DNA from: Octopus bimaculoides
Lineage: Eukaryota
Assembly: GCF_001194135.2 (NCBI RefSeq)
Contig: NC_068982.1
Location: forward strand, 159,189,230-159,253,229
Direction: 5' to 3'
DNA: 64,000 nucleotides
This document shows, one piece after another, positions 1-13,127 of this stretch; position 1 is the first letter of the stretch; every line of letters begins with the position of its first letter. Position numbers and translations under genes: made by a program. Under the pieces are notes generated by a model. It had not been told where the DNA came from. It was given only the letters and a program-made list of their open reading frames with translations, and searched no databases.

Positions 1-1104
1 ATATATATTCCCGCGTGTGTGCATTTCTGTGTGAGTGTGTGTGTATAGATAGATAAAGAGCGAGTGAGTGTGAGTGAATAGATAGATAGATTGCTGTATG
101 TATATATGTATATATGATGGTCTTCTGCTATGTATCAGTCACAAATTATTAGTCACTATATGCTTATGCTCAGTGACATTTCCCTGATGTGACGTGATGC
201 AGAACGAAATCCCAAAAGGTTTGCTTGCAAAGTGAATTTCTGATGCAACTATGTATTCTATAGACCTCACATTAACTTTATAACAAAACGAGAATTCATT
301 TTAGAAACAGTTGTCGGCATGTGTGCATCATTTTCATAGCCATTTTATTTATTTATTTACTTTTGTTTTTTTTCAACTCACACTTAAAATATTTTTAACG
401 TGACCATTTCTAAACATCTATTTCTAAATTAAGTTCCTGTTGCTTACTACATCGATCTAAGCGATTTCCATACACCCGAAAAATTTAGGGCCTTATGCCT
501 ATAGTACAAAATAATATTTCAAAGCATCGTTGTGTCAGCTTCTCATTTATCTGCAGCCAAAATGTGTTTTTTCATTTTTACGATGGCATTTATGAGCATT
601 TGCGTTACTGTTTAGCAATGAGGCTTTCACATTTTTACAAAAGTGCGTATTGCTTTCCATTTGCATGCACACAAATTTAGTTCAACCATCAAATATGAAA
701 TACTCGAAAAATATGATTTCTTCTTATCAGGTATGATCTTGCCTGACGTATACCATATTATTTGGGGAGATACGTAGGTTATGCAGGTCATGTTAGAATA
801 CAAACATGTGATGCATAAATTGCATGATGCATTATGACACAAACACTAATTACATTCTGTTCTGAAACTTATTTTCACAAATGCTCATTGAGATATTGTT
901 TATTCCCACTAGAAAATTTATCTTTCTGTTACAATGTAATTCATAAATAATTTAATGATTGAACCTTTATTTTCCGCAACTCTCTTTCCTCTTTCTTTCT
1001 CTCTTTCGCAAACACAAAATTCTCACTCTATCTCCATACATATGTGTCTATGTCTGTGTGTGTGTGTTTATGTATGTAAATACATACATACACACACACA
1101 CACA

Positions 1105-1155
<51 letters not shown>

Positions 1156-2991
1156 NNNNNNNNNNNNNNNNNNNNNNNNNNNNNNNNNNNNNNNNNNNNN
1201 NNNNNNNNNNNNNNNNNNNNNNNNNNNNNNNNNNNNNNNNNNNNNNNNNNNNNNNNNNNNNNNNNNNNNNNNNNNNNNNNNNNNNNNNNNNNNNNNNNNN
1301 NNNNNNNNNNNNNNNNNNNNNNNNNNNNNNNNNNNNNNNNNNNNNNNNNNNNNNNNNNNNNNNNNNNNNNNNNNNNNNNNNNNNNNNNNNNNNNNNNNNN
1401 NNNNNNNNNNNNNNNNNNNNNNNNNNNNNNNNNNNNNNNNNNNNNNNNNNNNNNNNNNNNNNNNNNNNNNNNNNNNNNNNNNNNNNNNNNNNNNNNNNNN
1501 NNNNNNNNNNNNNNNNNNNNNNNNNNNNNNNNNNNNNNNNNNNNNNNNNNNNNNNNNNNNNNNNNNNNNNNNNNNNNNNNNNNNNNNNNNNNNNNNNNNN
1601 NNNNNNNNNNNNNNNNNNNNNNNNNNNNNNNNNNNNNNNNNNNNNNNNNNNNNNNNNNNNNNNNNNNNNNATATATATATATATATATATACACATATAT
1701 ACAATTATATATATATATATTTTTGTTGGATTGAGTGTGTACGTATAATAATCTGAATTGTTATACAGATGTCTATTCGTCTCATTATTTGGAGGGTCGT
1801 TTCGTAATTCTTCAAAGCAAATGTTATATAAGTTCTCATGAGGAGATATTATCATATTGTGAAGGATATTATCTACAATAAGCCCTGGAAATAGATAACA
1901 GTTCAAAGGTATGATATTGTATAAGTATACATGCTATATCTAAGTTAATTACAAGCTAATGGCTGTACATTTACATTTTGTCCACGTAATACATTAAACG
2001 TTGTATCCACTCTATAGAGATTAAATTATAAACTACATTTAGGCTGTTATAGAAGTATTATGTGCACTATTCTGTGTGACACGCACGTTGTTAACCATAG
2101 AATTTAAAGGTATATTAGTATGCATTTATTATATTAGAAATAGAAAGAAACTGCGACATTCAACCATGGTTGTTAAGAAATTAATATATCTGTCTACGTA
2201 TGTTCCAAATAGTGATCCCAGTTTCCTATAAGTAATTAATTAAACGTTTTTGAATAGTTTATTATGAAATGAGCTTGCAAAATCTTGCAGAAATATCTTG
2301 ATTTTCAATGATATACCAAGAAACATGGTCCACGTAACTAGATATAACCAATAAAGCAGCATCAATCGTTAAGTGACCTGTAGGTTGTTTCAGCTAGCTA
2401 ATTACTGCTTCGTTAGTGTGGCCTTATTGGTCACATTTGGTACACTCTTAGATAACGAAATTAAGTATAGAGAAATTTGCAAGGGAGATAAGCAAATTTA
2501 ATAACCGTAGCCACACTAAATTTTACTAATTAGATTAATTGTTCCCAATAGAGAATGCACACGCATATATATATTTCTCACGAATTAAACTAAAATGGAA
2601 ATTGGAGACATACACTTTTCTTTCTTTGAAGTAAGTTATTTCAGCCAATTGTAATAAATCGGTTTCGCAAATGGCTGATTTTGATATATGCTGTTCTAAT
2701 GAATGATATCGGGACCTTCCACATGTAAAGTACTTGAAAGAATTCAATTGTTTTAACATTAATTTTCATATAATTTCTAGTTTCGGCAGAATACAATAAA
2801 GAAAATGAAAATGTAGAAAAGAAGAACATACATAGAACAATAATGCACGCTTTTCGTGTAACAAATGTTTCATACACTGATTGAAACTTCATGGAAAGCG
2901 TATCACTTTAGGTCACAAGCATGTCTTGAAATACATTGATATATATGTATGTATGTAACTATGCATGTACGTACATTTATATATATACATA

Positions 2992-3033
<42 letters not shown>

Positions 3034-3899
3034 TATANNNNNNNNNNNNNNNNNNNNNNNNNNNNNNNNNNNNNNNNNNNNNNNNNNNNNNNNNNNNNNN
3101 NNNNNNNNNNNNNNNNNNNNNNNNNNNNNNNNNNNNNNNNNNNNNNNNNNNNNNNNNNNNNNNNNNNNNNNNNNNNNNNNNNNNNNNNNNNNNNNNNNNN
3201 NNNNNNNNNNNNNNNNNNNNNNNNNNNNNNNNNNNNNNNNNNNNNNNNNNNNNNNNNNNNNNNNNNNNNNNNNNNNNNNNNNNNNNNNNNNNNNNNNNNN
3301 NNNNNNNNNNNNNNNNNNNNNNNNNNNNNNNNNNNNNNNNNNNNNNNNNNNNNNNNNNNNNNNNNNNNNNNNNNNNNNNNNNNNNNNNNNNNNNNNNNNN
3401 NNNNNNNNNNNNNNNNNNNNNNNNNNNNNNNNNNNNNNNNNNNNNNNNNNNNNNNNNNNNNNNNNNNNNNNNNNNNNNNNNNNNNNNNNNNNNNNNNNNN
3501 NNNNNNNNNNNNNNNNNNNNNNNNNNNNNNNNNNNNNNNNNNNNNNNNNNNNNNNNNNNNNNNNTATATATATATATATATATATATATTTATTTAACCA
3601 CTTACGAATAACATTTGACATGAAACTACGAAACTACTAGCCTTTCTCATCAAAAATTTCGAGGTCCTTCTATACTCTGCAGACATCTTAAATTTATGAC
3701 GAAAGAAAACAGTTATAAGTTATACTTAAACCTACCTACAAACATATACACACACATATACATACATACACACACATATACAACCATGCACTCTTACATA
3801 CATTCACACATACATACAATCATAGATAATGGCGCGCGCGTGTGTATGAGTGTGTATACGTGTGTGTGTGTGTGTGACTGTGTGTGTTTGTGAGAGAGA

Positions 3900-3933
<34 letters not shown>

Positions 3934-5024
3934 AAAGAGAGAAAGTATGTGTGCACGGGGGTGCATACTTTTATATACGTTATATGATGAAATTAATATT
4001 TGAATATATACATACTGTTGGCAAGCAGAAAAAGTCTATATTAAGCGGAAAATGAAAGAGAATTCAGCAATCCAGATGATTTAACACGAGTTTACGGTGT
4101 GATGCTAAACTTGGTTGGAATACTTCCAGGAAATTCGGATTGCAGACATGTGATATAAATACATGGTTAGTTGGATTCCTTGGCAATGTTAAAAGCATTT
4201 CCTTCTCTAAAAGGTGAACTTCAATATAGCACACTTTATAGAACGAAATTAGATGCCATCACCAAAATTTAGGTTTCTATGGCTACATTAAACATAATGT
4301 CAATTACCTAGAGAGAGTAAGCAATGCCAAAATATAGGGTATAAGTTTTGTTGCTGTTTTTACTGTATGTGTGTGTGTGTGTTTTTTTATATATAGCATA
4401 GTTGGCAAATGTAGAGTTTACTTTATGTTATTCTCTTTCATGCCCAGTGACCTAACAATTTTCAAGATGAAACATAGTTGAGTAGGAAGAATATTATTGG
4501 TGAAATTCTATACGCATAGACATATACTGTATGCATAAAAGTCTGGCATATAGACGCATGTATAAATAAATGTAATGCGCATACACAGAAATGATCGCAC
4601 TGACAGACACACACACACAAGCATAAAATCACACATATACATATAATTATATACATATATGTGTATATATATGTATATATACATGCATATATAAATACAT
4701 ATATACATACATATATATATATACGTATACATATATATGTATATATGTATATATATATATATTCGTACATATGCATACATGTCTATATGAATATATATAT
4801 ATATGTATATATATGCATATATGCGTGTATAATTGTGTGTATATATTTCAATAAAAAAGCGAAACACAGCTAGAGATACAGAAAAACTTACGCGCGCGCT
4901 TGTGTGCAATTCAATATGAAAACCCCAAATAGTTTCGATCGTCGCACCTTATATCCCTACTTGTTTTGAAGTATTGCAACAGATATATGCATTTAACAAA
5001 CCATGTAGCAAACCATATATTTAC

Positions 5025-5460
5025 CTATCAATCTATCACTCAACATATTTATAGTATAATATACATACATTTTTATTGTATACATACATTTTTATTGTAA
5101 ATAATTTTAAATTGAACTCTCCTTAAAGATGCTTTAAATTGTGCTTACTGTGGTTCTTAAATGTAAAACAAGAATCGAAGATGTACAAATGAAATAATTG
5201 AAATAAGTCTAATATATCAAATAATAATAATAATGTGCTACATGCCAGAAATCATTTAAAATCCTATCCATCAGAAACCGTAAACGTGAAATGAAATACG
5301 AAATTTACTAAAAGTTGGGCTCTAAACTATACTAGTTACGATTTCTAACAAATTATTACGCTTCTACTTTAGAGCATATTTGCAAGGGAGTACTGGGCGT
5401 AATATTATTGAATGAATTACGGCAGAATAGGAGTTATATATATTTACACACACACACACA

Positions 5461-5495
<35 letters not shown>

Positions 5496-6935
5496 CTATA
5501 TACGTACATATACTTAGATGTGTATGTGTGTATGAATATATATTTATTTATATATATATATATANNNNNNNNNNNNNNNNNNNNNNNNNNNNNNNNNNNN
5601 NNNNNNNNNNNNNNNNNNNNNNNNNNNNNNNNNNNNNNNNNNNNNNNNNNNNNNNNNNNNNNNNNNNNNNNNNNNNNNNNNNNNNNNNNNNNNNNNNNNN
5701 NNNNNNNNNNNNNNNNNNNNNNNNNNNNNNNNNNNNNNNNNNNNNNNNNNNNNNNNNNNNNNNNNNNNNNNNNNNNNNNNNNNNNNNNNNNNNNNNNNNN
5801 NNNNNNNNNNNNNNNNNNNNNNNNNNNNNNNNNNNNNNNNNNNNNNNNNNNNNNNNNNNNNNNNNNNNNNNNNNNNNNNNNNNNNNNNNNNNNNNNNNNN
5901 NNNNNNNNNNNNNNNNNNNNNNNNNNNNNNNNNNNNNNNNNNNNNNNNNNNNNNNNNNNNNNNNNNNNNNNNNNNNNNNNNNNNNNNNNNNNNNNNNNNN
6001 NNNNNNNNNNNNNNNNNNNNNNNNNNNNNNNNNNNNNNNNNNNNNNNNNNNNNNNNNNNNNNNNNNNNNNNNNNNNNNNNNNNNNNNNNNNNNNNNNNNN
6101 NNNNNNNNNNNNNNNNNNNNNNNNNNNNNNNNNNNNNNNNNNNNNNNNNNNNNNNNNNNNNNNNNNNNNNNNNNNNNNNNNNNNNNNNNNNNNNNNNNNN
6201 NNNNNNNNNNNNNNNNNNNNNNNNNNNNNNNNNNNNNNNNNNNNNNNNNNNNNNNNNNNNNNNNNNNNNNNNNNNNNNNNNNNNNNNNNNNNNNNNNNNN
6301 NNNNNNNNNNNNNNNNNNNNNNNNNNNNNNNNNNNNNNNNNNNNNNNNNNNNNNNNNNNNNNNNNNNNNNNNNNNNNNNNNNNNNNNNNNNNNNNNNNNN
6401 NNNNNNNNNNNNNNNNNNNNNNNNNNNNNNNNNNNNNNNNNNNNNNNNNNNNNNNNNNNNNNNNNNNNNNNNNNNNNNNNNNNNNNNNNNNNNNNNNNNN
6501 NNTGTGTGTGTGTGTGTGTGTGTATGTGTGTGTGTGCGTGTATAATTGTGAGTATAAAATTGTCTATCAATCTATCACTCGATATATATATATAATATAA
6601 GATACGTTTTAACAGTCTAATTTAGATATAGGTATTGTAGATTTTTAAAATATCTTAAAGTTGCTCTAAATGGAGGTTACTGTGGTTCTTAATAGTAAAA
6701 CATGAATACAAATGAAATCATTAAAGTCTATTATATCTAATAATAAAAAATGTACTCTCTGCTAGAAATCATATAGAATTCTACCCATCAAAAAACATGA
6801 AATGAATTACGAAATTTACCAAAAGTTTCTAAAAAAATTACTATACATCTACTTCAGAGTAAATATGCAGACGATAGAGGGTGTAATATTGCTGAATAAA
6901 TTAGAAAAGAATGGGTGTTATATAAACATACAGAC
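5025..6935 (+). repeat. Diverged direct duplication of about 400 bp (copy A ~5025-5450, copy B ~6564-6935)
   Basis: Shared collinear anchors: ctatcaatctatcactc (5025-5041 / 6564-6580), ttactgtggttcttaa (5145-5160 / 6677-6692), tgaaatgaa(a/t)tacgaaatttac(t/c)aaaagtt (5287-5316 / 6798-6827). Similarity continues to the next microsatellite. Confidence 0.85.
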
Positions 6936-7257
6936 ATATATATATAAATATATGATTCCTATTATGTTAAACTATCGTATGTCCAAATGTGGCCAAATTC
7001 ATTTTTCTTTCAATATTTATTTTTGCATGCAACATCTGGTTCTTTTGGTCAAACTTTCGTATTCCCAGCTGTTTCAGATGCCAAGATATTGAAAATTGTT
7101 ACAGTGTAGTATATCGGTGTTGCTATGGAATGGTTAAACTATTTTTCTTTTTTCTCAAAAAGCAGCGCTTTGGATTTACGGCACTTTTGCATAATAGTAA
7201 CGATATATATGTTTGTGTGTGTTTGGCATGTGCGTGTGTGCGTGTAGGTGTGTGTGT

Positions 7258-7323
<66 letters not shown>

Positions 7324-8189
7324 NNNNNNNNNNNNNNNNNNNNNNNNNNNNNNNNNNNNNNNNNNNNNNNNNNNNNNNNNNNNNNNNNNNNNNNNNNNNN
7401 NNNNNNNNNNNNNNNNNNNNNNNNNNNNNNNNNNNNNNNNNNNNNNNNNNNNNNNNNNNNNNNNNNNNNNNNNNNNNNNNNNNNNNNNNNNNNNNNNNNN
7501 NNNNNNNNNNNNNNNNNNNNTATATATATACATATATGTATGTATCAGTATTACTCAGGTGTGTGTATGTAGATATGTATATGTGTGTGTGTGTTCTTCG
7601 TGCAATTTTTTTGTTCGTCAGTTCGTATCTAAACTTTATAATTCTAGTCTGCACAACTCATCCTGCTTAATAGATTTCAAAATTTCTATTTCCTTTTCTT
7701 CGTCATTGTTAGTTAAAATGATGGAGAAAACGAACCAATTTTTTTTTCTTCGCGTTTGAATTCTCTCGTTGAAGTAAGACTAGACTATCCTCTGAAATTG
7801 TTAATGTTTCTCTCTTCTTAATTCACATCGATTTTTGAAGTATTTTAGCGAATATAATCAAACATTTCAACACTTCTGCCACTTATGTTATATAAACTCT
7901 TCTTTGTTATTATTGTATATTTTTGGAATTCTGCTTGTTTCTTATATGCCATAGTTCCTAGTTCCGTCTAATACCGGAGTTACTTTTCTAAAGTTGATGG
8001 AGTGGCAGAAAACTTAAAGCGTCGACAGTCTACATTTCAGTATTTAGTTCCGGTCCGAGGGCAAGTCTACTTCTTCACCCTTCGCTGGAAAAATAAATAC
8101 TATTGTATCGTAAACTACGAATTCAAAATAGCGGACAAGAAATAGCGTGAACAAAGAGAACAAAAATGAAATAATAAAAGTAAGCAGAT

Positions 8190-8630
8190 ACTTGGCAGTG
8201 TGGTTAACAAATGCACTTTGCAGTCACCAGAATTGAGTTTCTGTCATACTGCACGGCATCTTGGGTAAGAATATTCCCTTATAAACTTGGGACAATCAAT
8301 GCATTTTGACAATTGGAAACTGTGTAGAATCCCGTCATGCATGTATGTGTGTCTGTGTGTCTATCTGTGTGTCTCTCAGTCTGTCTATCTGTCTTTATGT
8401 CTGTCTCTGGTAACTGTGTCTGTGTTTGTATATGTGTATATATGTGTGTTTGAGATTGCTTCTGTACTACCGCCTGACAACTGCCCTTGCAATCTAGTGA
8501 TTCTATTAAAAAGATCAACAAAATAATTTGCAGATGTGAAAGAACAAGTACTCGTTTCGATTTATTCGATCAAACCCTGCAGTATTTCACCATAGTGGCA
8601 CTTCAATGACTGAAACAAGTGAAAAGGAAA
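8190..8630 (+). mobile_element. Degenerate CORE-like tRNA SINE (same family as 27786-28184)
   Basis: Head tggcagtgtggttaa, box cggcatcttgggtaag, internal TG/TCTG microsatellite and 3' end caatgactgaaacaagtgaaaagg all match the well-preserved copy. Confidence 0.65.
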
Positions 8631-9024
8631 CTTAAGTATATAACATTGTTAATTATTGCTTGAGTGCGTTGATGCATGCTGTTTCAGGAAAATCGGAAGC
8701 AGAATTGTAACCAAGTGAAATGATAGCTGTGGAAACACATTGTGACACATACTTAAACTCCACGACTTTAACAGTGCATGGGAATATATATATTTCCGTT
8801 TAGGGTTGATATTTATAGAGATTTTTGTTTTTATACCTGATATCTTTAATTCCATCTTCACTTGCGACGCTTTTTTATACATCATTTATTCAGATGAATA
8901 ATGGCAGTAATTTTGATTCTGCAGGTGGATAGAATTAAGAAGTACGTCGGCCGGGTACTTTGAATTTTCGAATATCTTGTTAAATCTCCTCAGCTCTATC
9001 GAGGTGTTCACTACGGTGACATGT

Positions 9025-9175
9025 TTAAGATGTCCTTATCTCAACATTATCAATAACGTGGATGAATCGTTTCACAGTTTCCATTAACGACATTTTTGTC
9101 ACAGAGATATGGTTGAATGTTAGCAATGATATCTTGGATGTCTGCAATCTCCAGCTCACATGTGTCTCATTGGAA
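9025..9175 (+). pseudogene. Relic of a non-LTR retrotransposon APE endonuclease N-terminus
   Basis: Manual translation gives LRCPYLNIINNVDE, then after a frameshift NDIFVTEIWLNVSNDILDVCNLQL, resembling the N(xxS)..DI..VTETWL APE motif. Short and degraded. Confidence 0.4.
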
Positions 9176-10665
9176 ACAAAGTAACTGCGAATGCAACGTA
9201 ACCTACAATTGTATACAACTGAATTATTGAAACAAACGAAATGTCTGTTATGTAAAACATGCATACGCTTTACAACATGCGCTGTGTTATTTCAAAAGAA
9301 AAATCCCAATGAAATTATATTTTCCGAAATCTAAGCTTTATCACTTCCCTGGATTAATTTCAAAAATATTTCGTAGATAATTCTAATAATTCACCACGAT
9401 CTCAACAAGATAAATTTTAGCCTGTTCCATTAAACGGAGAATCGTGTCCAAAACGGATTTTAAGTTGTAATCCTCTTGGAGTTTGACTTTAATTTGTTTC
9501 AGTTCGACTTACGTTCAAAAGAAATTTTGTCCGAAGCACAAATATCCTTTGTAAATCACTTCATTTAAAGTAGATTACGCAACACGTTCAACTTGAAAGT
9601 GTAAAATTCGATATATTAAGTGGCACGTATTATAGTTTATTGCAATTCTTCTTGGCGTATTTCCATCTACAATATGGATGACATTACAATATCCCTTTCT
9701 CAGAGATAGGTTAATGTTAATTATCATTATAACCACGCAAAATTGGCTATTGAATGATAACAATTATTACACACTGGCTTTTGTTATTAAAACTTAATAG
9801 AGAATAATTACATTGTGATGAAGTAGCATTTACTTAGACTTTACTATTTTTACAATTACTATTATTAAAGCAATTAATATAAATATGCTAATCGTTTTTC
9901 GTTACATGTGCAGTCAAGATAAGTACGTGCAAATGTAATTGGGAAATTTACTATATTGGTAAAGCAGATAAAGCGTAACTATATCATATCCTTTACTAAA
10001 TTCTAAGCCCAACGTCAGAATAACTAAAGAAAGACCATATTCAATGAATATCCCAGAAGTACTATCAAAAGACGACGTTGAAAATATCAAATACAGAAAC
10101 TAAAATCGAATATTTCTGCCATCACTATCTTTGGAACGATCAAGTCTTTCTTTCTATGATATCCAACTAACTTCACGGTTCCATTAATCAATATAATCAG
10201 ATATTGAACTGAACGCATATAAAATTCTGCTATAATCACACACACACACACACACAAAGACGCGCGCATTTATATCGTTATATATATGTGCAAATAGAGA
10301 GAGAGAGAGGGGTGGGAGATAACAAGAATACTTATATCAACATTTCATCATATATAGGATCAATAATTGCATGGGAATAGAACTAACTCCTGAGAGAGGA
10401 ATACATTTCAGCATATTATATTTTAACTAATTTTTGAAGACATTATTTTAGAAATTATAGTAAAACACAGTCTTATACAGTTTTATGAAATTTAATTTTA
10501 AAATATCGATTTATTATAATCTAGGCACCTACACATGCAAATGAATACAAACTTAAGCCGAGAATATAGTCCAATATTTTAAAGTTTTACCGTATATATA
10601 TATATATTTATTTATTTATTTATGTGTTTCAGCCAAGTGCCTGCTGTCATGCTGGTGCACCACCG

Positions 10666-10729
<64 letters not shown>

Positions 10730-10793
10730 TGTGCATGTGTGTCCCTGTGTGTCTGTGCGTGTATATATATAGAGAGAATATGCACTCTCACTT

Positions 10794-10841
<48 letters not shown>

Positions 10842-12109
10842 GCACGCACATGCACACACTTTCTCTCTCTCGTTCGCCTAAAGCCTTTGAAAGCGATTGC
10901 AAACTTAAGCATGGCCGCAAACAAATGACTGAATCAAGTAAAATACAAGCGATAAAACAGGTCAAATATAGGGACTTATTTTATAAGGCAACTGAGTAAG
11001 GTCTCTATATTTACATAAGTCATAAAGCTGTCTAAAAATTTCATTGGTGTTTATATTTGCAGTTTCACTCATAGGCTGTCACTGAATAAACCCTGATTTT
11101 GCAGACTTTGTAGTAATGTGTTATAATGACAAACTCCACTAGAACAAGCAGCCATGAAGAGACTTGCTCGGTGCCTCATATTACTTTTGAGGTAAATGTT
11201 ATAGTTGTGATACATGTGTAAATGAATAAGTTTAATAATTTACATTGTTTAAACATATGTACACGTGTTATTTTTCGTGCATATTTCTACTATTTCCTTT
11301 CCATATCATATACATTATATATGATATATCTAATGTTAAAATATTCGTATTATTAAATTCTAAATTACATATCATTTTTTTAATGCAATATCTTTCTGTG
11401 AGTTACTATCGATATTAATTATGTTTTAGGTGTGTCTTCAAAATTGTCTTTGAAATGCTTCTACACAAACTTACACACATTACGTTGACAGTATAATGTC
11501 TCAGTGTATAATTTATGGTGATTGATGATCAAATACTTAGAGCGTAATATAAAATATATATAAACCACTACATTTAGCGATTTAAGAGCCCTGTGTGTAT
11601 ATCATAGATAATCAATTATTGGATGCTGCCTGCTTTTTTTTTTAATATATGTATAGCAAAATAACGTCAACATTCAGCAAATGCAAGAGCCAGTAACTTC
11701 GTGAATACGTATTACGCTTTCAATTATTAAATGTATCTAATATATCGAAATGATCTGACGGATGATAATCATTATCATACTGAAACCAACGCCAACTTAT
11801 ATAGAGGAAGAGTGTAGTATGGGTTCATACCTAAAGTACAATATATTCACTTGTGTTTTATTATTTTGAGTTATATGCCATGAAATGATCAACTAAGGTT
11901 TTGTTTTAAGTCTTATAGAGTAAAACAAAGAAAATAAATAAACATCTATCAGCAAATAAAGATCGATCAGCAAACACTCAAACATGCACACGCACAAAAT
12001 ACACAGACAGGAATTTATTAATACTAGAAATAGAAAATGTTCTATATACTGTGAGTTGTTAGCTTCTTACTGAGTAAATACTTTTAACAACGGACTCAAT
12101 AAATAGACT

Positions 12110-12290
12110 AGGCACAAGACCTGAAAGTTGGGTGGAAGTGATTTGTCGACTCCAGTTGTCAACTGATGCTTATTTCATCGACCCCGGAAACATGCTTAAA
12201 CTACTCGACCGTGGTTACAATTAGCCGGAAGTAATACTGCTAAACATATTGTCCGGCATGCTATTTTTTTGTGACTGCTCGCAGCATTAG
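12110..12290 (-). mobile_element. Degenerate Nin/Deu-like SINE copy
   Basis: aggcacaagacc...caactgatgcttatttcatcgaccccggaaa matches the reverse-orientation copies at 55975-56425. Confidence 0.6.
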
Positions 12291-13036
12291 CTCATTAAAT
12301 GTCCAAATTAATTTAAGTCTAGAAGACATATATACGTCGTATTTTTGTACTAATCAGAAATAGCATTGTGTCCGATATTGCTCAATTTATTCACGAATTT
12401 AAAAACAAACTTGATATATATTTGTTCATGCATTTTCTTGAGCAGCAACTTCATAACCATATATCTACCAACAATCCTGTCCGTGAGAGTGTAATATAAT
12501 AGCTGCAACATGCTGCCTCCAAACCACAAATTGATGGGATATTACACAAAGCATCGGTTGTTCCGCACAACACTAGACATAACGCATGTAAACTAATAAA
12601 CACAGTTGACGATGGACTCTGAATTACATTTTGAATTATGAGATTCAAATTTTTGGATGGGATAGATGAATTTTTTAAGTGGCTGAATGCTCTATACACA
12701 AGTGTACACTTAACCATATTTTACAGTAGAATTATAGAGGCAGAAGTGGGAATAAGGCAACGCATTTGAATCATAGATTCTGATCATTCGACGGACTTCT
12801 GTACGTTTTCCGCTGAACAATATCACACCTATGTCTACTCAAGTTGCTATGGAGTAGGATCAGATCTAGATCTTACAGATTACGAATAGAAATTCTTAAT
12901 CATTCAGGTAACATAACAGTCACTTTCGCTCTATAAATCCTGACTGCTTAGTGTGCATCGTATAATATATTGGTGCAAAACAAAGAGAATTGATACGTGT
13001 TCATTTCTGATATTGTGTTGTTCAATGTATAAATAC

Positions 13037-13127
13037 GGCGTAGTGGTTAAGAGCGCGGGCTACTAACCCCAAGGTTCCGAGTTCGATTCACGGCAGCGAC
13101 CTGATTAATAATAATAATAATAATAAT
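13037..13127 (+). mobile_element. Short tRNA-derived SINE or tRNA pseudogene with (AAT)n tail
   Basis: A-box-like ggcgtagtggttaa, anticodon-like loop ct-ACT-aa, T arm ccgag-ttcgatt-cacgg (B box), then an aat repeat. The 5' acceptor strand is absent and the anticodon stem is imperfect, so this is not a functional tRNA. Confidence 0.75.

Noticed and set aside
8194-8215. miR-34-like 14-mer tggcagtgtggtta
   Set aside because: It is the A-box head of a degenerate SINE, with no hairpin partner.
12450-12770. Possible RT relic (GIDEFFKWLNALYTSV...GIRQ) or membrane-protein exon (minus ORF 12451-12717)
   Set aside because: The motif similarity is too loose, no catalytic YADD-like segment follows and there are no convincing splice sites.
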